Origin: an uncultured Gammaproteobacteria bacterium
Lineage (GTDB): Bacteria > Patescibacteriota > Microgenomatia > UBA8517
Assembly: GCA_964635715.1 (NCBI GenBank)
Contig: CAZWNZ010000003.1
Span: 37,153 to 101,152 of the forward strand
Length of the DNA: 64,000 bases
Direction: 5' to 3'
Shown here: in pieces, positions 10,300 through 18,214 of the stretch
Numbering within the stretch: the stretch's first letter is position 1
Layout: every line of letters begins with the position of its first letter
Program-made: the position numbers and the translations under genes
Notes under the pieces: generated by a model
Database searches by the model: none
Told to the model about the DNA's origin: nothing
Seen by the model: only the letters and a program-made list of their open reading frames with translations

Positions 10300-11451
10300 T
10301 CAGATTCCCATTTTCGTTTTGACTCTGGATATAAATGTGTCTAATTCCGCTTTGGTAATTGAATCATCGGGGCAAAACTTAGCCGGGTTTTGAGAACATC
10401 CGGAAGTAAAACCCATTTTTCCAAAAAGCTGAACGTATTTAAATAGAGGGTGTGTTTGGGGAACGTCTGCAAAAATTGGCACAGTATCTGTTTCGTCCGG
10501 ACTAAATCCGGCGATTCGGATTAAAAAAGTCACCGCATCAGATCTGGTTAATTCTCTTTCCGGACAAAATCTTAATGGGTTAACATTGCATCCTGTGGTT
10601 ATTTTATTTTTATAGAAAGTTTCCACGGCCTGATAATAGGGGGTATTCAAAGAGACATCGGCAAAGGAGGGAGAGGTATTCACGTATATTTGCATGCCAA
10701 ATTTTTCAACTAAATATATTGCAGTGTCACCTCGTTTTATATATTTATATTCTGTCGGAGTCGGAGTGCTTATTGATATTGGAGTTTCGGTTGGGGGGGT
10801 GGTTGGGTTGATGGATAGAGGGGTGGTTAAACTTATTATGTTTGATGGTTGCCCCGACGCCACAACAACAGTTAATGGATCAAATTTCAGGACAGTTGCT
10901 CCTCCTGCCAATACTTTAAAATTTATCTGTGCCAACACACCTATCCCGCTTTTTGTGTATGCTTTTGTTTGATCCACTTTTGCGCCTAAAACAATTTTTG
11001 CGTGACCTATTGCGGAACCATCAGACTTATTAATAGTTCCTTCCTTTAAAGTTATAGGAAGCATATCCCCCATGGGTTGTATGTTTTGAGCCTCTAATTT
11101 TGTGGTTTCATAGGTGACATCAATATCAGCAGCACTGGCATTTAAACCTTTTGTATCTATAACAATAGCCACTGAAAATATATCACCAACCGTTAAATTT
11201 GTTGTTGATGGGGAAAAACTAAGCTCAGCTCCTGACGCCTGAGTTTCCATTGTTTGTTTTTCTTTAATCATGGAGGAACCAATAATAGTTGATACGGTAA
11301 GTACTAGCACAAGAAAAACACTAAAAATTGTTTTACTTTTTGTTCTGAGATGATTAAAAAAATGCTTAAGCTTTAATTTCGTTGAGTTAAAGAAATTTCT
11401 TTCTGGTGTATTCACAACAAAATTTGTGTTTACGATATTATTATTTTCCAT
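10300..11451 (-). CDS. surface protein: N-terminal TM anchor, cohesin-like domain, PT linker, two SLH-like repeats
   Basis: Residues about 75-195 (GDIFSVAIVIDTKGLNASAADIDVTYETTKLEAQNI ... SGIGVLAQINFKVLAGGATVLKFD) match the type-I cohesin beta-sandwich pattern. The C-terminus has two ~55-aa FADVPxxHPxxxxVxxx..TxGC..NPxxFCP...TRxE repeats of SLH character. Confidence 0.55.
   Translation of the reverse strand: MENNNIVNTNFVVNTPERNFFNSTKLKLKHFFNHLRTKSKTIFSVFLVLVLTVSTIIGSSMIKEKQTMETQASGAELSFSPSTTNLTVGDIFSVAIVIDTKGLNASAADIDVTYETTKLEAQNIQPMGDMLPITLKEGTINKSDGSAIGHAKIVLGAKVDQTKAYTKSGIGVLAQINFKVLAGGATVLKFDPLTVVVASGQPSNIISLTTPLSINPTTPPTETPISISTPTPTEYKYIKRGDTAIYLVEKFGMQIYVNTSPSFADVSLNTPYYQAVETFYKNKITTGCNVNPLRFCPERELTRSDAVTFLIRIAGFSPDETDTVPIFADVPQTHPLFKYVQLFGKMGFTSGCSQNPAKFCPDDSITKAELDTFISRVKTKMGI
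10431..10473. repeat. 43-nt exact repeat shared with 11690..11732 (inside the SLH-like repeat coding regions of both genes)
   Basis: gaacgtatttaaatagagggtgtgtttggggaacgtctgcaaa occurs identically at both positions. Confidence 0.8.
10577..10632. repeat. 56-nt exact repeat shared with 11835..11890
   Basis: gggttaacattgcatcctgtggttattttatttttatagaaagtttccacggcctg is identical in both genes. Confidence 0.8.
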
Positions 11452-13081
11452 AGTTGGTAATTAAATTATTGTAGTCGGTCAGGTTGTAAAATGTTCCAAA
11501 GTTTTCTTTAATTAAGTTAAAATCACTAATATTTACGTGGCTATCGGCGTCAAAATCGCCAGTAACAATTCTTTCTTTAATTCTTGAAATAAATATGTCT
11601 AAATCTGCTTTAGTAATTGCTGTATCCGGGCAGAATTTTGCCGGATTGGCAGAGCAGCCGCTGGTAATTCCCAATTTGGCGAAAAGTTGAACGTATTTAA
11701 ATAGAGGGTGTGTTTGGGGAACGTCTGCAAATTTCGGCGATGAATCGGTGATATTGGGCATATATCTTGCAATTCTAAGTAAATATGTAGCGGCTTCAGC
11801 TCTGGTTAAAGTATTATTAAGGCAAAACTTAGCCGGGTTAACATTGCATCCTGTGGTTATTTTATTTTTATAGAAAGTTTCCACGGCCTGGTAGAAAGGA
11901 GATGTGGCGGGCACGTCAGTAAAAGTGGGTGAGTTGGGGATAATTGTTTGCATGTTAAATTGTTCAGTTAAATAATAAGCTGCTCTGCCACGGGTAAAGC
12001 TATTTAAGAGTTTTGTAATGACACCAACTACCTTTTTTGGGGTACCATTGTTATTGTATATACCAAGACCCACATCGGCACTTCCATTTGCGCAGTTATT
12101 TGGAGACTTTAAGGATGAGTATCCCCAAAGACTGAACCCAAAATTATTATTTATTGCGTAATTAATCAAAAGTCTGTCTGTTTCCGCTTGAGTGTCCTCA
12201 TTTCCGTATTGTGGACATGAGCTTGCTCCGAACTCGCCAAGAATGAGCGGCGTGTTGGGATAATATTTTTTGTAACGGCTTACTTGTTGATTCATTTCAT
12301 TAATAACTTGCGACGCGTTTAAGTTTCTTTGTACAGTGCCGTAATTATTAAAACTAAGAAAATCAAATGAAATTGGGTCTTCAATAGGTAAAATGCTTTT
12401 TGATAGAGGAACTGAAAGTTTGTCAATTAACGAGTCATCGTGATATCCGATCAAAAACTTGGACCTCAACTCAGTGGGTAATCTTTTAGGCAAGCTACCC
12501 AAGGTGGGTCGCAAAAGAGCAGCATGAGCCTCAGGTGAATAAGGGGAAACTATTGTATTTGTACCTTCAGTAAACAATAGAATATAAACAGTGTCACTAT
12601 ATTCGCTGATACGGGTTAAGAATTCTTTCATATATGATTCAAAAGCAGCGTATTGGACGGGGTCTTTGAGCCACGAATCGTCATTTATTCCGATAGGGTG
12701 GGACCGTCCGTCATTCCCGCGACCCCAAAGATAATTCATCGGAAGAATTGCTTTCATGTTATTTGCCTTTAGAAGAGCCAATGTGTTCTTCAAATTTTCA
12801 AAATTTTGGTCATTATAAATCGGAGTTGGTAAAGCTTGAGGTTCAAATTTACTCCAAACCATATAAAGCCACACAGTATTAAAACCGGCTGCTTTGATTT
12901 TTTGTAAGTTTGCGGGCAAAGTTGTCCAAGGAGTTTGATAATCTCCTGTGCTTCCGGGAAATGCGTAAGCTACACTCCTGATATTCCAATAAGGGAGACT
13001 ATTTGTTTGCGCGTTGATGGTCGATTTTAAAGTTGTTAAAAAAAAGAGGGCTAAGAATATTGCAAATAGAACCTTTTTCAT
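11441..13081 (-). CDS. secreted GH5-like glycoside hydrolase with two SLH-like repeats and a C-terminal dockerin-like repeat
   Basis: Signal peptide; GH5-type catalytic motifs (LFTEGTN acid/base region, LILGEFG nucleophile); SLH-like repeats paralogous to the neighbouring gene; C-terminal GDFDADSHVNISDFNLIKENFG matching the dockerin Ca-binding repeat DxDxDGxVNxxD. Confidence 0.55.
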   Translation of the reverse strand: MKKVLFAIFLALFFLTTLKSTINAQTNSLPYWNIRSVAYAFPGSTGDYQTPWTTLPANLQKIKAAGFNTVWLYMVWSKFEPQALPTPIYNDQNFENLKNTLALLKANNMKAILPMNYLWGRGNDGRSHPIGINDDSWLKDPVQYAAFESYMKEFLTRISEYSDTVYILLFTEGTNTIVSPYSPEAHAALLRPTLGSLPKRLPTELRSKFLIGYHDDSLIDKLSVPLSKSILPIEDPISFDFLSFNNYGTVQRNLNASQVINEMNQQVSRYKKYYPNTPLILGEFGASSCPQYGNEDTQAETDRLLINYAINNNFGFSLWGYSSLKSPNNCANGSADVGLGIYNNNGTPKKVVGVITKLLNSFTRGRAAYYLTEQFNMQTIIPNSPTFTDVPATSPFYQAVETFYKNKITTGCNVNPAKFCLNNTLTRAEAATYLLRIARYMPNITDSSPKFADVPQTHPLFKYVQLFAKLGITSGCSANPAKFCPDTAITKADLDIFISRIKERIVTGDFDADSHVNISDFNLIKENFGTFYNLTDYNNLITNYGK

Positions 13082-13394
13082 GAGTGAAAATCTAATTTAT
13101 ATATTAACACATCCGGAAAAAATAAATAATCATAGGCAATACACCGATAACGACAGGGCTAACCTTTAAAGCTTGTTACATAATACTAAATACAATTGGA
13201 CGATTTTTCATATCCTGCTTTCTTTGCTTCTTTCTCAGTACAAAACCACTCTTCTCCTTTATATTTTTCGATAATGGATAGATTGTAGAGCCTGCATTCC
13301 GACATGGTGTATTCTTTATTTTTTGTATTTTGGATAATATTTCCTTTGATTGTGCACTGCGGCAATCTTTGTTCTTAAAGATGTTTTTCTCTTT

Positions 13395-14039
13395 TTAGAA
13401 GTTTGCTTTGCCATTTAGTCCTAAAATAATTTCTTCGGAGTTTCCTATTGGGATTCTGACAAAAAATCCTTTTCCGTTAGGAATAGGTAGGGAAGTCTCA
13501 CCTTTTAATCTTCTTTTGATTCCCTCAATTTCTATTTCTGCGGTTCTTTGTTTTCCAAAATCGGAGATTTGTTTTTGTCCGAGTTCAATTTCAAAAAAGT
13601 AAGAGGAAGAATCAACAATTTTTATTTCGCTTCCGGCGGGTGTTACAAAAATTCCCGCAACTAGGTCACTGTCATCAATTATTATTCCGTCGACAGGGGA
13701 AAATAGCGTTGTCTGGTCGAGCACTGCCTTTGCAAGTTCGACGTCTTTTACAGACGCGTTAAGAGTTGCTTGCTTTTCCGTTCTTAAATATTTATCTATA
13801 ACTTCCTTCGGGTCAGGATATTTTTGGGAAAATATTTCAAAGTCTGCCCTCACTTTTTCAAAGTCGGCAAGTTGTTTATCGAGACTTGTTTGAAGTATTT
13901 TTCTATCGAGTGAAGCAAGTATGTCTCCTTTTTTAACAATATCTCCTGTGTGTTTTTGAATAGAAACAACTTTTCCTGAAATTGCAAAACGCACTGAAAC
14001 AATTCGAGCCTTGACACCACCTTTGTATGTCTTTGACAT
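13395..14039 (-). CDS. HlyD-like membrane-fusion/periplasmic adaptor family protein (short, no signal peptide)
   Basis: Lipoyl-like half domains (VVSIQKHTGDIVKKGDILASLD ... LFSPVDGII) flanking a coiled-coil, then a beta-barrel-like C-terminal part. Confidence 0.45.
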   Translation of the reverse strand: MSKTYKGGVKARIVSVRFAISGKVVSIQKHTGDIVKKGDILASLDRKILQTSLDKQLADFEKVRADFEIFSQKYPDPKEVIDKYLRTEKQATLNASVKDVELAKAVLDQTTLFSPVDGIIIDDSDLVAGIFVTPAGSEIKIVDSSSYFFEIELGQKQISDFGKQRTAEIEIEGIKRRLKGETSLPIPNGKGFFVRIPIGNSEEIILGLNGKANF

Positions 14040-14111
14040 TCTAGTCTAATTTTAGATTATCACAATTTTGAAGATGAATAAAATTTCCAATCTTTTTATT
14101 GTCACGACTGC

Positions 14112-14540
14112 TTAAATAAAATCCAAAATTCCTTCGGGATATAAAATTAATTTTCCGTTTTTATAATCGTCGATATTCTGCCAGGAGGCAATTCCTCCTT
14201 CGTTTGAGTCAAGAATCTGTAGCTCAGTTTTTTCATACAAATCTTTGTTTACAAGATCTCCTTCAAAAACCATTAGTATTTCATGCCCATTTTTGCCTTC
14301 GTAGGTAAAAATGGTTTCTAGCGTTGTTATAAATCTCACGTTTTTCAGATTGGTTCCCAATTCTTCCTGAAACTCGCGTCTTAAAGCCGCCTTTGCTCTT
14401 TCTCCGAATTCAATTCCACCTCCAAGAAGACGATAAAAAGTTTCTTTTTTAACAGAATCAAATCCGACTCCGGCCAAAATCTTTTCTTTGTGTTTAATAA
14501 TACATACCGCCAAAGGTCTTATGGCATTTTCTTTTAGCAT
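14112..14540 (-). CDS. NUDIX hydrolase
   Basis: Nudix box GGGIEFGERAKAALRREFQEELG. Confidence 0.75.
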   Translation of the reverse strand: MLKENAIRPLAVCIIKHKEKILAGVGFDSVKKETFYRLLGGGIEFGERAKAALRREFQEELGTNLKNVRFITTLETIFTYEGKNGHEILMVFEGDLVNKDLYEKTELQILDSNEGGIASWQNIDDYKNGKLILYPEGILDFI

Positions 14541-14629
14541 ATGAAATATTCTATCACCAATTTGGAAGATAATTGCCTAGCCTTTTTGCACATGTGGATA
14601 CAATCCACAAAATTATCTAAAGTATTATA

Positions 14630-15073
14630 ATGAATTTTATGAAACGGGTGGTGCAAAAAGTAATTGCCGGAGTAGCCCTCGAAAACGGCGGTAAAATTTT
14701 AATTATTCAAAGAACGGCGAATGAAGATATCTTTCCAAATCTTTGGGAACTTCCGAGCGGGAAGAAAGAACCAATGGAAAAGATTGAAGAAGCTGCAAAA
14801 CGCGAAGCCAAAGAAGAAACAGAACTTGAAGTCAAAATAGGTAAGCCAATTAGTGTTTTTAACTTCGGTTGGGAAAAAGAAGATGAAATAAGAGATGCTA
14901 CGGAAATAGTTTTTCTGGCAACTTTAGAAGGCAAATCTGAAGTTAAGCTTAGCGACGAACATCAAAACTTTGCATGGGTGAATAAAGAGGAAATTGAAAA
15001 TTACAACGCTTCAAAAGAAACCAAAGACGTGGTTAAAGAAGCTTTGTCTAATCTTCCAAAGATCAATCCCTAA
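14630..15073 (+). CDS. NUDIX hydrolase
   Basis: Nudix box PSGKKEPMEKIEEAAKREAKEETELEV. Paralog of 15856..16299. Confidence 0.75.
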   Translation: MNFMKRVVQKVIAGVALENGGKILIIQRTANEDIFPNLWELPSGKKEPMEKIEEAAKREAKEETELEVKIGKPISVFNFGWEKEDEIRDATEIVFLATLEGKSEVKLSDEHQNFAWVNKEEIENYNASKETKDVVKEALSNLPKINP

Positions 15074-15285
15074 TTTTTCTATATTTTCTCTAGTTATCCT
15101 TCAAAAAACATTTTGTCTTTTATAAGTTAGATTATTGCAATGATGGCATATTATTAGTCTTTCCGAGGAGTTTCGGTTATGAAGCGCCCTACTTAGCTAA
15201 ACATCATGGTCTAGGACTCTATAACCCCATAACCAATTATCAACCCATTATTTTTTAATAGTTCCCTGGGGAGAATAGGTAGAAG

Positions 15286-15792
15286 TTAGAAATCTCCCGG
15301 AAATATATCGATAATTTTCGCCCTCAATTTTCTGTTGGCAGCTTCATACTCAACTTCTGCTCCTTTTACATGACCTAATAGTGCTTTACCCAATGGAGAT
15401 TCATATGATATGGAATCATTTTGAAAGAGAATTGCATCAGCTGACCCTAATATGTTTGCTCTGAATTGTTCTCCGTATGTCATAATCTCCACATGAACAA
15501 GGTTTCCGATCTGTGCCGTATCAGTTTCCTTTCGTCTTTCAATGAAAGTGGGACACATTACAGCCTGGCGCCATTGTTCGAACAAAATACCAGTGACGTC
15601 AATCTTTCTATTAGCTTCATCAAAAGCTGCGTTGTCATGAAAATCATTTGTTCCACCAGCAACGCCCAACTCTTTATGTTGTTCGACAAGTTCGTTTGCT
15701 ATATAACCAAACTTTTGTTGAGCTGCGTCGTAAGCACGCCTAGACATAATACCGGAAAGGACTTCAATTTTTCGTTCTCTGCTCATATTCAA
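15286..15792 (-). CDS. GreA/GreB-family transcription factor paralog
   Basis: C-terminal YESPLGKALLGHVKGAEVEYE GreA FKBP-like domain. The N-terminal tip reads NDFHDNAAFDEA instead of the canonical DLSENAEY. Confidence 0.6.
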   Translation of the reverse strand: MNMSRERKIEVLSGIMSRRAYDAAQQKFGYIANELVEQHKELGVAGGTNDFHDNAAFDEANRKIDVTGILFEQWRQAVMCPTFIERRKETDTAQIGNLVHVEIMTYGEQFRANILGSADAILFQNDSISYESPLGKALLGHVKGAEVEYEAANRKLRAKIIDIFPGDF

Positions 15793-15855
15793 AGTGATAT
15801 TCTACCAGAAAATACAGTATTTGAAAATCACAAGAGTCTTGATACAATATGACTT

Positions 15856-16299
15856 ATGAGTAGTAAAAAAATCGTTCAAAAAGTAGTCTTAGGAGGCGTC
15901 GTTTTTGATAAGGGACAGAAGTTTCTAGTAATGCAAAGAAATGAAAATGAGGATATTTACCCAGGTTTATGGGAATTGCCAAGTGGTAAGAAGGAAGAGT
16001 TAGAAGATGCTGAAGCCTCACTTTTGAGAGAAATTAAAGAAGAAGCAGGTATAGATGTAGAAATCATTTTGCCTGTTTCTATTTTTAATTATCAGATCGA
16101 AAAAACGGAAGAGATTCGTGATTCAACCCAAATTAATTTTCTGGTCAAAATGAAGCGTGATCAGGAGGTTCATATTAGCAAAGAGCATCAAAATTTTGCT
16201 TGGGTAGGCAAAGACGAACTGAACAAATACAATTTTTCTGATGCAACCAAAAGGGTTTTGCTAAAAGCATTTGAAATTTTGGAAAAGTTAAATATTTAA
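15856..16299 (+). CDS. NUDIX hydrolase
   Basis: Nudix box PSGKKEELEDAEASLLREIKEEAGIDV. Confidence 0.75.
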   Translation: MSSKKIVQKVVLGGVVFDKGQKFLVMQRNENEDIYPGLWELPSGKKEELEDAEASLLREIKEEAGIDVEIILPVSIFNYQIEKTEEIRDSTQINFLVKMKRDQEVHISKEHQNFAWVGKDELNKYNFSDATKRVLLKAFEILEKLNI

Positions 16300-16856
16300 T
16301 GAAAATCTTATTTGATTTTTCAAGACAAGGTATCTCACAATATAATTCTGCCTTCGAAGAGATTAGAAAAAGTATTCTTGAAAATGGCCACTTTTTAACT
16401 AATGATTTACTTCAAGAAACTAAAAAATTGGGTAAAACGCTCCCCCAAGAGGCCTTTAATAAATTAAGAAAGGCAATTTCCGAAGCTGATGCAATTATTA
16501 TTGAGGGATCAATTGTAAGTATGAGTTTGGGATATATTGTTACAGAATCCATTAATTTGGGGAAGCCTGTACTTTTCCTTTCTGATGGACATCTTAAAAA
16601 CCATAAAAACAGATTCTTGATGTCGATTAAATCGAAACTTTTATATGTTGAGGCTTATCATGATGTTCACCAATTGCGTCCAATTGTAGTAAGGTTTATG
16701 GAAGAGTGTCCCAACATTAAAACACGTTTTAATTTAGTACTTAGTAATAAGTTGGACAGCTACATTATTAAACGCAGTAAAGATCTAAATATTTCGAAAA
16801 CGGAGTATATTGTTGATTTAATTGAAACGGACCTACAGAAGAATATAAAGGATTAA
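16299..16856 (+). CDS. nucleoside 2-deoxyribosyltransferase-like (SLOG-like Rossmann) domain fused to a C-terminal ribbon-helix-helix
   Basis: EADAIIIEGSIVSMSLGYIVTESINLGKPVLFL resembles the NDT family motif. The C-terminal RFNLVLSNKLDSYIIKRSKDLNISKTEYIVDLIE has an RHH (CopG/Arc) beta-alpha-alpha pattern. Its start overlaps the stop of the preceding Nudix gene. Confidence 0.35.
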   Translation: MKILFDFSRQGISQYNSAFEEIRKSILENGHFLTNDLLQETKKLGKTLPQEAFNKLRKAISEADAIIIEGSIVSMSLGYIVTESINLGKPVLFLSDGHLKNHKNRFLMSIKSKLLYVEAYHDVHQLRPIVVRFMEECPNIKTRFNLVLSNKLDSYIIKRSKDLNISKTEYIVDLIETDLQKNIKD

Positions 16857-17776
16857 ATTCTTATTTTATTTCCTGCCACTAGATTTTTTATCGCCACCTC
16901 CACCATTTTTTTGTTCGCTTCTTCCGTCATAGAGGCAATATGTGGAGAACCGATAAAGTTTTTTTGCTTTATCATGCTTTTCTTTATTTTGGGCTCGCTT
17001 TCAAAAACATCAGAAATATAAAATAGACTTTTACTTTTTAGAAGCGGGATAATAGCTTTTTCTTCTACAATGGCGCCGCGTGAAGTATTGATTAAAATTG
17101 TTCCCTTTCTGATTTTTTTGAGATTTTCCTGATTAAATAAATGATATGTCTCTGTTGTCAGTGGAAGATGTAACGAAATTATATTTGAGTTTTTGAGCAG
17201 TTTATTGATTGAACAGAATTCCAAATCATCTGTCAAAAATGATTTTGGATCAACATAAGGATCGTAAACTAAAAACTTATTACAATCAAAAGCGTTTAAC
17301 TTTTTATATACCAATCGTGCGATATTACCGAATCCCACAAGACCTATCACCTGATTGGACATTTCTTGCCCCATATACTTATATCTGTTCCAATTAATCA
17401 AATCGGATTCATTCAAAAGGTTGGTTTTTCTAAGTGCTGATAATGCTTGACAAACAACATATTCAGCTACGGCGTTTGAATTAGCACCGGCAGAATTGTA
17501 AATGTCTATTCCCCGGATTTCACACGAATGGATATCTATATTGTCCACACCTACCCCGACTCTAACAAGGTGCCTTAAATTCGGAAGTTTATTTAAAACC
17601 GAAGTGTCAACTTTTGTGTAACTCCTTACGATTAATGTTTCAATATTCGGAGAATAATTAACGCCTATTGTTTTATCGCCTTTAACTATTTTATAACCGG
17701 CACACTTAAGCAATTTTGACTCTCCATTTAAATAAATTTCATCAGGCTCGCTTATATATGCAATCTTTTTACTCAT
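16853..17776 (-). CDS. D-isomer-specific 2-hydroxyacid dehydrogenase
   Basis: NAD-binding GLVGFGNIARLV and the catalytic-domain layout of the family. Confidence 0.8.
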   Translation of the reverse strand: MSKKIAYISEPDEIYLNGESKLLKCAGYKIVKGDKTIGVNYSPNIETLIVRSYTKVDTSVLNKLPNLRHLVRVGVGVDNIDIHSCEIRGIDIYNSAGANSNAVAEYVVCQALSALRKTNLLNESDLINWNRYKYMGQEMSNQVIGLVGFGNIARLVYKKLNAFDCNKFLVYDPYVDPKSFLTDDLEFCSINKLLKNSNIISLHLPLTTETYHLFNQENLKKIRKGTILINTSRGAIVEEKAIIPLLKSKSLFYISDVFESEPKIKKSMIKQKNFIGSPHIASMTEEANKKMVEVAIKNLVAGNKIRI

Positions 17777-17787
17777 ATTGTTGCGCT

Positions 17788-18207
17788 CTATATTCTTAAA
17801 ATTTTTACTTCACGTCTTTCCTGTCCTGGGTCAGAGCCATGAAATATATCTGCCTCGAATCCCGCATTAATCTGAGATGTTAGCGCGGAAATTTGAGAGC
17901 GAAATCTTGAACGCAATTCCAATTTCACCGTTTTTGCACGAGTTTGGCCTTCCAGAATAATTGCTGTGATAGCTGATCCGGCAATTCTGTCATAGTAACT
18001 TCCAGACCATGGATAATGAATTACATTGTTCCACAAGTCTTCAGCTTGACTTCTGGTTAAAACTGTTTGCACCTGATCCAATATGTTGGCTCCTGCAACT
18101 TCATGCAGGTTGTACCAGATTTGTTGCTGTTGTTCATTAGGCAGTAGTGTGAATTCTGGTTTAAGTATTAATACGGAGAATTGATTTTGTAGGATTGATT
18201 CTTTCAT
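17788..18207 (-). CDS. ndk: nucleoside diphosphate kinase-like protein (divergent)
   Basis: FSVLILKPEFT (cf. Ndk TFSIIKPNAV), AIILEGQ (cf. VSVLEGE) and IFHGSDPGQERREV (cf. the catalytic NGTHGSDSVESAAREI His motif). Confidence 0.5.
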   Translation of the reverse strand: MKESILQNQFSVLILKPEFTLLPNEQQQQIWYNLHEVAGANILDQVQTVLTRSQAEDLWNNVIHYPWSGSYYDRIAGSAITAIILEGQTRAKTVKLELRSRFRSQISALTSQINAGFEADIFHGSDPGQERREVKILRI

Positions 18208-18214
18208 TTATGAA

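Noticed and set aside
10694-10972. 92-aa + ORF, and other 60-100-aa ORFs nested antisense in large genes (8923-9219, 9417-9847, 18450-19164, 34091-36264, 48616-48979, 49787-50071, 51485-52852, 55536-56203, 57198-57714, 58573-58809, 59475-59666, 62657-62959)
   Set aside because: All lie opposite genes with strong family motifs and have no motifs themselves; treated as shadow ORFs.
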